DNA of 64,000 nt from Perkinsela sp. CCAP 1560/9. Taxonomy: Eukaryota; Protista; Euglenozoa: Kinetoplastea. The DNA is taken from NCBI GenBank assembly GCA_965644495.1, contig CBFFSA010000011.1:310001-374000 (forward strand), in the 5' to 3' direction. Numbering within the stretch: position 1 is the stretch's first letter; every line of letters begins with the position of its first letter. The notes beneath the pieces are model-generated. The model was not told the DNA's origin, ran no database searches, and saw only the letters and a list, made by a program, of their open reading frames with translations. The position numbers were made by a program, and so were the translations under genes. Of this stretch, positions 11,801-21,691 are shown one piece after another.

Positions 11801-12798
11801 CTGTCCCCCCCCTACTTATGCGCAACCGTTTGACCCGGCCAATTAAGCAATTTTGACGCATCGTTCAGAAGAACAGCGCCGCAAAGCGGCGCAATTTGTT
11901 TTTTTGTAGTACGAATTTTTGTACAGATTTTCGCCGCTCTTGAAATGGAGAGTCCCTTTGGGCGTTCAAAAATGATCTCCAGCGATCTCCTCTGATCCAC
12001 ACTGATCTCCACCGGTCTGTACGGCGAGTCTTTGCATACTATACTGTACTGTACATCAGAGGAACTCTCCTGCCACGTACTGTACGTTTTTGAAATGATC
12101 AGCGCACCAGCGTGCGGAACCGCCTAGATGTGGGGCGGGTAAAGATAACGTGGGTAATTGCACTACAAGTGCATGATAAACTAAACTTTAATTTATAAAT
12201 TTATTTCGGACCCACGCTCTTAAAAGTCCGTTCTTTTCCTACAATTGATCGGGTGCTCGCAAAAAAGGCACTTACCTCGTGATGTGGTCATTTGCGGGCA
12301 TAAGTAACCATACAAGCGAAGTACTGTACCTCCTCCCTAGTTATCTCTCACACGTCACCCCCTGTCCGACTGATCTTCCAATGAATCGGTAAACACTTCG
12401 AACCTCGAAAAAATACCCACAGCGTTCGCAACCGGTCGCGATTGGTTGCCACCGTTCGACAACGAGCTACAGGTACCGTCTGCACCCCTCCACTGATGGT
12501 ACTAACGCCGACCAACTACCATTTTCATTAATTATATTTTATAGATATAAAAATGGGCGAAGTAAAAAGTGGGGGTCACAGTAATTATAACTCATTTTTT
12601 TTATAAAATATAATTTATAGAAATTAGAGGGGGAGTATATAAAAAGCAGCCCCCCGGGGCACCCCGCGTACATAACTCATGATTAAAACACGCGTCACGA
12701 AGAGGCGAGAAAAATTTTTTTCACCCCTTTTTTTGACCCGGCTACTTATGCGCAATTTTAGGCCAAAACCTGGTTGCGCTTAAGTGGGGGGGGGACAG
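11801..12798. mobile_element. CTGT-ended MITE (pogo-type ends) nested in the Tc1 element
   Basis: CTGTCCCCCCCCTACTTATGCGCAACC...GGTTGCGCTTAAGTGGGGGGGGGACAG|TA; left flank CA (degenerate TA). Confidence 0.8.
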
Positions 12799-13374
12799 TA
12801 TCCTAAAACATACAACTCTGTGAGAGCTATCCAATGCGCTATTATTTTCCAAAATTGGACAACTTTTACGAATTTTAGACCCCCCCACCTTTAGATTCGC
12901 ACCCCTGTAAGTCGCACTGCGTTAGGGCATTTCGTAGGCCTGGTGGAGCTGTGCTTTACAACGCTTGCTTTACAATCCAGACGACTTATGCTAGAACATG
13001 TTCGTCCATAAGGAGGGGGAACAAGAGTTCGCGGGTCCAACCTGAGGGGCCAGGAGCTGAGCCTCGTGGCATCCGCCGATTCGCTTCAATGATATCTGGA
13101 CCAGCTACGTTGACCGCAGTGTCCTTAGAGGGGCGCGGCATAGGGAAGCGATAACTGCGTGGGTGTAAAACGGCCGCGGCCCGCTTTATCTCTGCTGGGG
13201 TGAGAGGATCTCTCTCCGTACTGTCTAGGGCGCGCGTGGCCTTCGATATCGCTAAGGAGTCTAAGCGATCGTTTCTCTGCCGCTGAGGATTTGTCCTTAG
13301 CTGGAGTAATGGGCGTTTTCGGAGGATTGCATTCCTGATCAGGTTTTAAAAAACGTGAACGAAGTTCGTGCGCC

Positions 13375-13629
13375 AGCTGTCGGTGGCTTAGGTTTTCTGA
13401 GGGGATAAAAAGGTAACGTTCGACGGCCCCAAGAAGGTGTCAGGCTACATTGAGCTTTTCGACTTCCGATGCAGAAGAGAATCCTATTGTAATACCACGG
13501 TATTACAAGCTGTCGGTGGCTTAGGTTTTCTGAGGGGATAAAAAGGTAACGTTCGACGGCCCCAAGAAGGTGTCAGGCTACATTGAGCTTTTCGACTTCC
13601 GATGCAGAAGAGGATCCTATTGTAATACC
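13375..13629. repeat. ~122-bp near-perfect tandem duplication with inverted filler
   Basis: AGCTGTCGGTGGC...TTGTAATACC twice, separated by ACGGTATTACA, the reverse complement of TGTAATACCGT. Confidence 0.9.
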
Positions 13630-14354
13630 GTGACAGATGTCACGCCAGGCGCTATTTGGACGTGATTTAATTTGCGATAGATTGAGCGGGCGAGTAATCG
13701 TTCATATTCCAGTCTGCCAGTGGGGACAGTGCCAGGTGGATTTTTTTGTGTTCTTTTGGATGATTCAATTTCGCGTGCTACATCCTCCAGTATTATGGAT
13801 GGGGTATTTCTACTGGGACTGTTGGAAGCATGTGCTTTGTCCTTCATAGTTACCTCCAAGACTTCATCAATGGCCAACACTCCCTTCGCAGATGACTTCG
13901 ATCCTTTCGGACGGCCTCGAGGACGCTTGGGGTCGGGATTCCATTCCACGCAGCCTCGTAGAAAAGTTACTTGTTGTTGCTCTGCAGTCCAGCCAGTTTT
14001 TGCTTTAAAGTCAGAGTATTTAGGGGCTAAAAGACGATGAGGGCCGGGATTCCACTCTACTCCACCTCGCACAAGTCCGAGCTCAATCTGGGTTTTATTC
14101 CATCCTGAGTCGGCAATCATGTCCTCAGTTGATAGGTAGCACCATAGAGGCCCTTCAGGGGAGGGAATTTCTCTCCAGGCAGCGGTGAACTCCATATCGA
14201 TACCGATTTGGTGACAGAGAGCGGAGGGATATCGGTCCGGGGGTGTGCTTAAAGGAATGGCGATGGGGGTGTGTCCTATAGGGTGGCTGAAAATTGAGGC
14301 CCTATGACAAGGACTTGTGCTAGGCTTGGGTGCGCATTGAAGTGCAGCGCTCAC
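13617..14354 (-). pseudogene. N-terminal ORF segment of the CRE element with two 2A-like motifs and an AT-hook
   Basis: LVRGGVEWNPGP, FLRGCVEWNPDP, then KRPRGRPK. Confidence 0.65.
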
Positions 14355-14427
14355 GGAGGTGCTCGCAGGAAGTTGTCGTATAGTGCAGCTAAGGTCTAAG
14401 TTAATACCAGAGATTTAAATAAGACGG

Positions 14428-14936
14428 ACAACAAAATGTGCTCAGAATTTACTGGATCGATTCCAGCATCAACGGCAATTCCGTACACCATGTGTAAGTC
14501 AACGACAGCGCAAAGCTTCTCCCAGACTTCGTGGGCTAAAATTTCAGTATTGATGCCATTGCTTCAAATTTGTTTCCGGAATAGCCTTTTTGATAACATT
14601 GGGTGGAAGGTCGGGGCGGAGATCCTCATACTTGCGAATCAGCCAAACGAATTTACTCGACGGAAGGTTTGTCAGGGTCTGTAGACATGGGAGCACCTTC
14701 CCAGCGAATTTTTGAACGGCCGCTCTCTGAGTAAACGAAACCTGCGCAGTCACCAAGCGAGCTCGCTCCACGCCCTCACGACGCTCGCGCACATGTTTAT
14801 GATAGACATTTTTAAATCGGCAATGAGATTGGAACGTGCAACCCTCTGTCGTGCACACAAAGTGCACTTTTTGGTTAAGGAGGTCTGTGAGAACATCCGC
14901 GTGTTCATGCGGACAGTTTAGCGGGCAACGAGCCAA
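14428..14936 (-). pseudogene. hAT-like transposase remnant, N-terminal part
   Basis: Cys/His zinc-finger-like N-terminus; after a frameshift YGIAVDAGIDPVNSEHILL (first catalytic D), which continues in frame at 9416 if the CRE element is removed. Confidence 0.55.
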
Positions 14937-15352
14937 ATTAAAATTAACAGACTAAGACTTCGCCGTCATCTTGTGCCGCTCGTTCCGCTTTGATCGCTTT
15001 GGGTCCGGTGTCACTATCTAATCTTCAGATCTTGATTCAGATGAAGGGAGCGGTTCGCGCGTACTGACTGTCGATGATCTTCGTTTGGGCATGTGATAAA
15101 TTATTTAACACATGCCCAAACGAAGATTCTTTATTTAAAATAGAAGATAACGCTATCAGCAAAGTAAATGATATTATGATTGAAGGAAAAAGAATTCCAA
15201 GAATTTTCCTATAGATATACAAAAATAAATGATTTAATGTCATGTAAGGTACAACTTTTCAGTTCCTGTCATCGAGCGGGTAAACGTGGGTAACACGGGT
15301 AAATGGGTAATTTCCCGGGTAATTACCCATTTACCCGGCAGGGGTATGACTA

Positions 15353-15806
15353 CTGTACCCCGCCCTAGTTATCTGTCACTACTTTTCGGGAAAAGATGAC
15401 AGATAAGTGGGGAGCCGTACGAGTGTGACAGATAACTAGGGGGGTCAATGTGTGGAATATAACTAAGGGGGTCTATCACCAAAAAATAGAAAGAGGAAAG
15501 AGCTACAAGAAAGACATCTTTAATCCCTAGAAAATTCCTGTCTACCCAGGATTTCTTTCTTTTCTTCCTATACGACCATTCATGTTCAAACTTAAAAGAA
15601 AGGAATTAGAGGTTTCGTATTTTGGAAAAAGACGAAAAAAGTGACAGTTAACTAGCGAGGGCGATGACGTGTGACAGATAACTAGGGGGGTTCGTTGTTG
15701 ATGAAAATAAATTTTATTTTCATTTTATTTAATAATATGAAGGGCCAGAAAATGACAGATAACTTGGGGGGTGGTGCCGTGTGACCGATAAGTAGGGGTA
15801 TTACAC
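15353..15806. mobile_element. CTGT-ended MITE with internal TGACAGATAACTAGGGGG repeats
   Basis: TA|CTGTACCCCCGCCCTAGTTATCTGTCAC...GTGACCGATAAGTAGGGGTATTACAC|TA; same left end at ~12324. Confidence 0.7.
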
Positions 15807-15955
15807 TATTTATAGTAAAAAAATACTTTCATCCCCAGAAAAAAGAATTTTATAAAAACGTTGCCGCAAACTCTGGTAAAATCCTTGACGGAGCCCAAAA
15901 GATATCGTCCTATCCCGTTTACTCTTGTATTCAGAATGGTTTCAACACGATATAG

Positions 15956-16015
15956 TACCCTTTTTATACCCTTTTTGCACCCCTTTTATACCCTTTTTAT
16001 ACCCCTTTTATACCC
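15956..16015. repeat. Tandem repeat, ~11-bp TACCCTTTTTA unit x5
   Basis: Directly visible. Confidence 0.8.
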
Positions 16016-16300
16016 AGAGATCTGCAAAATCAACAAAAATTAGCCAAAACAGCTACACGAGCCAAAAATGGCAGGTATAACAGCTTTCGCCCCCCCCCCT
16101 GTATAGTCTAATCGAAAGCGTGCAAACGTGATTCAATCCCACTCTTTTTTTGTAACGTGGGGACATTTTTAACGTCACTGTAGCAGGTGCCATTCCCCCT
16201 AATTCGGTCAGACTCATTATTCCTTGACCTACCTGTATGTTTATCATCATTTCGACTTTTCTTTCTGAGTAGATGTTTCGTACCGCCCAACCTTCGTGAG

Positions 16301-18637
16301 ATGAGCACCGCGCCGGTACGTCTTGCTTCTCTCACCACCATCCCCGAATTTCGCAAACTATGCGGCCTTTCGGTTTACCAAATTCATCGTTACTTAGAAG
16401 CTTACAATGTTTTGCACATTCCAGAAGGGTCAGAAAAACCAAGTAAAGCTCAATTCGTCCCCTTTCGCGTCGCGCGAAACCTTCTACGGGAAATTTCTCC
16501 AGGATGTGTTGTGCAATACTACGAACGGGATCGATTTGTAAACCCTAAATTGTTCCAAGTGGGACCACAGCGTCCCCCCGTTGCATGTATTGCAGGCCAT
16601 ATCGCGCACGGCAAAACGACTCTACTCGACTCATTGCAGCGTTCTGCTCTTGCCAAATCCGAATCCGGCCGCATTACACAAACCATACGCGCATTCAATG
16701 TTCCTGTTCAACCACTTTCACCCAACCAAGAGCAAGCACCGCTTCTGGGAGCTCAAACACCAGCGAACCGACGACTTGCCGGCTGGCTGCCGCCACACCT
16801 ACAGTCAGTAACTCTCATCGACACGCCTGGTCATCGCGTTTTCTCCGAAATGCGACTCCACGGACTTCAAATCGCTGACATCGTGCTTGTTCTCATCGCT
16901 CTCGATGAGGGCGTTCGCGGACAAACCACGGAAGTCATCCTTTCCTGCCTCGAGCTTCGCAAACCCATCGTTTTTGCTTTCAACAAAGCCGACCTTTTCC
17001 ATGATCCCACCGCGCTCGCGTCCCGGCTCAACACCATCGCCTCCGATTTACACCATCTTAAAATCGATCTCCATCCCATAACCTCATTGTCCTCTCTTTC
17101 CCAGTTCCTCAATAATTCTCACCCAACGGGTTCCAACCCCACAAGTTCTAGGAGTACCCAAATCCCTTCTTCCACCCACCGTTCACCCGCACTCTGTATC
17201 TCCGCACTCCACGGCACCCACCTCCCTCTCCTCCTTCACCTCCTGTCTCACTATGCCTCCTCCTTCCTTACCCCCTCCTCCTCCCATCCCCATCCCCGGG
17301 GGTCCCTCCGCTATTCCCATCGTAGCTCCTCTACAACTACGAACCCTACGACGAGCACGAACACTACAACTGATACTAACCCTACGACGAGTACGAACAC
17401 TACGAATACTGAACCTACGACCAGTACTAACACTAGTGCTAGAAGTACGACTAGTACTATGCCTACAACCACTAACCCTACTACTAAACCTACGACGACT
17501 AGCGCTACGACGACTAACCCTACGACTCCTTACCCTACGACGAGTACGAACCCTACTACTCGTACTACGAACACTCCTTATACGACAAGTAGGAGCAGTA
17601 CGAGTGGTCGTAGGGGTTGTCGTGGTCGTCGTAGTCCTGGTCGTACGCCGTATACTACCAGTAGTAGTACGAGTCGTCCTACGCGTACTGCAACGACTAC
17701 GACTACCCCTACGACCCAAGCGGTCATCCTCGAGAGCTTCCGCGACCCCGGGACCTCCTCGCTGGTCGCGAGCACGCTGGTGCGCTCCGGGACCCTTCGC
17801 CGCGGGATGTGGTTCCTCGCGGACCGCAACTACGGCCGGGTCGTGGGGCTCACGAACGCGTGGGGGGTGGGCGTCCCCGAGGGCAGGCCCGGGGTCCCGG
17901 TGAACGTGCACGGGCTGCAGCTCAACGGGTGCCCCGGGGTGGGGACCCACGTGCTGGTGGTGGGGACCCGGGAGGCGACCGCGGACGTGGCACGGTTCCG
18001 CGCGATGCTGCTGCTGTTCGTGGAGCGCCACCCCAGGGCGCTGGGGCTGCTGCGGCCGGAGGGGATGAACACGGATTTCTTGCATTTGGGGAATTTCGGA
18101 CAGCTCGAGCGGGATAACTCGTTGGCGTTTCGGTTGACGCAAAGGGGGGTGGGGGAGCAAGCGGAGGGGATGGGGAAGGGGGGGGCGGAGGTGCCGTTGG
18201 AGGGGGTGATGGAGGCGGCCCCGCCGGATCACACGGAGGCCCATAAGCATACGCCGCGGAAGCAGTTGCGGCTGTGCTTGCTCGTGGATACGTGGCACAG
18301 TGCGCGTATGATGATGCGGGAGCTTACGCGTCTGTCCTCGGAACACGTACAGGTGGCGTTGCTGACGCTCTCTGTGGGTCAGCTCACGGAGAGGCAAATC
18401 AAGGCCGCGTTGCTGGCGCAAGCGGATATGTTTCTCTGCTACCGTGCAGAGGTTGGGAATGCGAAGGCAGAGCGTCATGCAAAGGAGCGCAGTTTACCCA
18501 TTCGTAAGTTTTCCGTGTTTATTGACGTTTTGGAGCTCGTCCGGGGTCTCATTGAGGAACGGGATAAGGAATGGAAGAGTGAACGTGAGGCGACACATCG
18601 CGATGCCTATGCTGCAGCGTTTATCCCCGCCCTGTGA
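16301..18637 (+). CDS. Mitochondrial IF2-like translational GTPase, lacking domain IV, with Thr-rich insert
   Basis: GHIAHGKTT, GRITQ, DTPGH, NKAD, ISALHG; domain II LVRSGTLRRG; ends after a domain III-like segment. Confidence 0.8.
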   Translation: MSTAPVRLASLTTIPEFRKLCGLSVYQIHRYLEAYNVLHIPEGSEKPSKAQFVPFRVARNLLREISPGCVVQYYERDRFVNPKLFQVGPQRPPVACIAGHIAHGKTTLLDSLQRSALAKSESGRITQTIRAFNVPVQPLSPNQEQAPLLGAQTPANRRLAGWLPPHLQSVTLIDTPGHRVFSEMRLHGLQIADIVLVLIALDEGVRGQTTEVILSCLELRKPIVFAFNKADLFHDPTALASRLNTIASDLHHLKIDLHPITSLSSLSQFLNNSHPTGSNPTSSRSTQIPSSTHRSPALCISALHGTHLPLLLHLLSHYASSFLTPSSSHPHPRGSLRYSHRSSSTTTNPTTSTNTTTDTNPTTSTNTTNTEPTTSTNTSARSTTSTMPTTTNPTTKPTTTSATTTNPTTPYPTTSTNPTTRTTNTPYTTSRSSTSGRRGCRGRRSPGRTPYTTSSSTSRPTRTATTTTTPTTQAVILESFRDPGTSSLVASTLVRSGTLRRGMWFLADRNYGRVVGLTNAWGVGVPEGRPGVPVNVHGLQLNGCPGVGTHVLVVGTREATADVARFRAMLLLFVERHPRALGLLRPEGMNTDFLHLGNFGQLERDNSLAFRLTQRGVGEQAEGMGKGGAEVPLEGVMEAAPPDHTEAHKHTPRKQLRLCLLVDTWHSARMMMRELTRLSSEHVQVALLTLSVGQLTERQIKAALLAQADMFLCYRAEVGNAKAERHAKERSLPIRKFSVFIDVLELVRGLIEERDKEWKSEREATHRDAYAAAFIPAL
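17330..17715 (+). repeat. In-frame ACT/ACG-rich low-complexity repeat with an internal inverted block
   Basis: AACCCTACGACGAGTACG-type units; about 17593-17645 reads as the reverse complement of the unit. Confidence 0.8.
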
Positions 18638-19365
18638 GCTGCCGACAGCAAGTTTGAGGTTTTGGGTACAGAGTGCAAGCGTTTGGAGAATGACTTCCTA
18701 CCATACAATGCTTTGAATTCAACGAAAACCTGGTTATACATTTTTATCTACATGATACATGTATGTCCGCCCCAGGTGTAACTGTCGACGCACTTAGGAG
18801 TGATTTTCTCTACTTATCCCGTTTGTTTTGTATTTTAAAGAAGCCTACCACTCTGGGACAACGTCGAAATGTGCTTGACTTGGTTCATCCTCATCAGCAC
18901 ATGCTTCTAAAATAGGGGAATGGCTTCTAAAATAAGCGAAACGCCTCTGAAATGGGTGTCGGCGGTTAAGTAGGTAGTATTCCCAACTCGAGCGTTCTCA
19001 TGCAAGTCACCCACGCAATGTTCACCCGCGTCCTCCATGTTACTAATGAATGTCCACGACTATGAATAAAGATTGTGAAGACGAGCAACCTACTGATTGC
19101 CTTAATAAGAGCGCCGGTCAACCAATTTTTGTTCGGGAAAGAGTGAAGCATGGTCATGACATATTTTTTATTTTTTCAAGAAATCATTCTTGCAAAGAAC
19201 ATACAAACCGGAGCGATCAGTTTTATGTAAACTGTTTTCTAACAACATTTTTTATAAACGGTTTAAGTAGGGCAGCAGGCCTGCGACCAGCTAGATACGA
19301 TTTCACAGTGACCTAGGCATGAGATGTACAATAACGAATTAGCACTTTTTTCAACCTTCATACTC

Positions 19366-20178
19366 ATGATGAAGTTTTTACCCACTTACGGCGCCGATCA
19401 TCAATCAAGCCTTCGGCGTGGACGTATTGATGGTTCTCTTTTGCCCCCAGAAGCACTACTGTGGCATTTGACCGCAAACATAGACTACCGACATCCCAGT
19501 TGGGTACTTGAGAAACGAAACTTTTTCCGCACCTCGCGCGTGTCGCCTTGCACGTGGGCTGGTGTAACATGTGACGCACATAAAACCGTTGTGTCACTTG
19601 ATTGGTCAAGAGAAAGTTTGTCTCATCCCATCAAATATCACATGCAGGGGAATCTCACGTGGGAGAACTTACCACGAACCTTACAATCCGTCAGTGTCGC
19701 TCGACACCTTCTCCATGGTACGATGGATACGCGCGTGTTCCCCCCCGAATTAACTTCCTTTACGACGTCCGAAAACGGGCAATCCGGTCCAATCGATCTC
19801 TCTTCCCTTCCCTCGGGAATCACCACCGTACGATTTAATGTTAATGCACACACCGGGACTGTCGATCTCACTTCTCTCCCTGCTGGCCTTGTCTGCCTGA
19901 ACCTTTCGCGAAATTTATTTACGGGGGAAATTGATCTCGGTTCTCTTCCAGGATCGTTACGTCGGCTTGTGCTCAGCAACAACCGACTTAGTGGGATTGT
20001 GGATTTTACGGCCATCCACGAACGTCGAGAAGTAGAAAGGGAAAAGGATATAGGCATTCTAACCATGCTTAGAGTCAACTTGGAACACAATTACTTTTCG
20101 CGCTATGTACCCGCAGGACCTTTGCCAAGGTTTGTGCCATGGGATCCCATGTCTCCGGATGAGAGTTCTGAACACTAA
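19366..20178 (+). CDS. Short LRR protein
   Basis: GAD...RRGRI...LPPE leader, CTWAGVTCD cap, LRR repeats; start could be 19324. Confidence 0.85.
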   Translation: MMKFLPTYGADHQSSLRRGRIDGSLLPPEALLWHLTANIDYRHPSWVLEKRNFFRTSRVSPCTWAGVTCDAHKTVVSLDWSRESLSHPIKYHMQGNLTWENLPRTLQSVSVARHLLHGTMDTRVFPPELTSFTTSENGQSGPIDLSSLPSGITTVRFNVNAHTGTVDLTSLPAGLVCLNLSRNLFTGEIDLGSLPGSLRRLVLSNNRLSGIVDFTAIHERREVEREKDIGILTMLRVNLEHNYFSRYVPAGPLPRFVPWDPMSPDESSEH

Positions 20179-20665
20179 GTCTTCTACATTATCGACTTAG
20201 CTGAATAATGGTTGCATTGGGCGAAATATGTCTTTTCTTTTTTTTAAAAACAAAGTCTTTTGATGGGCTTTTACATTCTGTTTGGAAAAGAAATTGTAAC
20301 AATAATTGTAACAAATGAAGTCTTATTTTAGTCAAAGTCTTATTTTTTCATGTTGATACAAATCGTGTATTAGTGATTCCAGCGCAGTTTATTTAACTAC
20401 TGAATATCAAAATAGGGGGTAAGGTTCAACATTTTTTTTATTTTGTGGGTTGTTCAGTCTTGACACCTAATTTCAAGCGTGTTTTCGATTAAAAAATCAT
20501 TTCTGAAGTTTATGTAATGAATCTTTTGCAGTTTGGAACGCTCTGTTGTTAGTGTATTCTTTACTTGAACAGATTTTTCATCCTTTCTACTCTACTCTTA
20601 TGTTTTCGCCATTTCTTTTTCAATAGAATTTCGTTTTTATTTGTTGTTCTTCCCGCCTTTCTCCT

Positions 20666-21070
20666 ATGCAAAGCGCGCGATTTAAGGCCGCGCGGCACTT
20701 AGGCAAACGTGTTCGCGTGTTCGTCACACCCGCTACTCACCCGTACCACATCGATGGCGTCTTGCGGGCCTTTGATGCTCACATGACCCTTGTGCTTACA
20801 GAGGCGATAGAAACGCGCACAGTGCGACGAAAAAGAGTACAGCCCGATGCAGAAGCTGTAGAAAATACGGAGAAAAAAGCAAAATCAAATGTAGAATTCG
20901 ATGAGGAACAACGATCGCTGGGACTTGTCATTTTGCGCGGAGCCGAGGTGCTGAGCATTGGTGAAGTTCCGCAGGACAAGGCTTCGGCAGATAGGGGACG
21001 GAAAAGAGGACGTGCCGCCAATCTGCCGATTGTAGCAGAGGAAACGAAAACTTCTTTGTTCACAGAGTAG
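20666..21070 (+). CDS. Sm protein, SmB-like (or a U2-specific SmB paralog)
   Basis: Sm1 GVLRAFDAHMTLVLTEAIE and Sm2 EQRSLGLVILRGAEVLSI. Confidence 0.8.
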   Translation: MQSARFKAARHLGKRVRVFVTPATHPYHIDGVLRAFDAHMTLVLTEAIETRTVRRKRVQPDAEAVENTEKKAKSNVEFDEEQRSLGLVILRGAEVLSIGEVPQDKASADRGRKRGRAANLPIVAEETKTSLFTE

Positions 21071-21283
21071 CATTTTTTTCAGTATTCCGAAAAATAGCTT
21101 GAATCAAGAATTGCGAAAATATAGACTCATCAAGCATTTTTTGGAACTAATTTTGACACAAGAGTATTTGTGCAGAAAAAATCATTATGTAACGTTGTGA
21201 GATAAATCCCCACATTTTACACTTACCTTTCAATCATAGGAATGTAACTTATCCTCATTTCTTTTCCTACATCCCGCCCTCCC

Positions 21284-21691
21284 ATGGAGGCACAGCGTAG
21301 AATGATCGACGTCGCACGTCGTCGCAAACTGCTCTACGGCCCCGGGGGTCGGATTCGTGTCACGGGGTTCCTGCAACTGCTGTGGACGGATTACCGCACC
21401 CACCTGAAAGTGCTTGTCGGGTGCATGGGGATTGTCTACTTGCACCATTGGATGGCCAACGTGATGTCGCGGGAGACGACGGCGATCGAGCAGCAGTACC
21501 ACACGACCTCGGAACTTGCCATGCGGGACTCCGGGAAGCTGAAAGGGCCGCAGTACATTGCGCGTCCCGGACGTGTGACCTATGATGATGACGTGTATAA
21601 TTTACCCACGATGGCGGGAGACATGATTTTGGGGGATACCCCAAAGCGTCCAAAATGTTTTGAGGAGAATGCGGGGTCCAGTCCAGTGTGA
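21284..21691 (+). CDS. Small hypothetical protein with one probable TM segment
   Basis: ATG after a pyrimidine tract, co-oriented, hydrophobic LKVLVGCMGIVYL. Confidence 0.6.
   Translation: MEAQRRMIDVARRRKLLYGPGGRIRVTGFLQLLWTDYRTHLKVLVGCMGIVYLHHWMANVMSRETTAIEQQYHTTSELAMRDSGKLKGPQYIARPGRVTYDDDVYNLPTMAGDMILGDTPKRPKCFEENAGSSPV

Larger units (their letters stand above)
11030..12907 (+). mobile_element. Tc1-like DNA transposon, internally deleted
   Basis: TA|CAGGGGTGCG...CGCACCCCTG|TA with ~100-bp TIRs; removal rejoins the CRE RT sequence. Confidence 0.9.
9417..14427 (-). mobile_element. CRE/SLACS-clade non-LTR retrotransposon (RT + RLE), disrupted
   Basis: GSAPGPSGWTRELL (~13040-13075), RPIALGE, QFGVG, DLKNAFN, GVRQGDPLGP, YLDD (9918-11027); RLE PDLL...VDVTI...AEATK...FPLAFSAFG (9436-9894); interrupted by a Tc1 element at 11030-12907. 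Confidence 0.85.
6584..15348 (-). mobile_element. hAT-like DNA transposon, decayed, hosting nested insertions
   Basis: TIRs CATGCCCCTGCTGGGTAAATGGGTAATT / AATTACCCATTTACCCGGCAGGGGTATG, both flanked by ACT; split transposase remnant inside. Confidence 0.7.

Noticed and set aside
17370-17560. TAACCCTA as interstitial telomere
   Set aside because: Isolated hexamers within Thr-Asn-Pro-Thr codon repeats, not tandem CCCTAA.
17183-18478. Long minus-strand ORFs opposite genes (also 2816-3697, 36283-36999, 45000-45755)
   Set aside because: Antisense shadows of GC-rich coding sequence with no recognisable domains.
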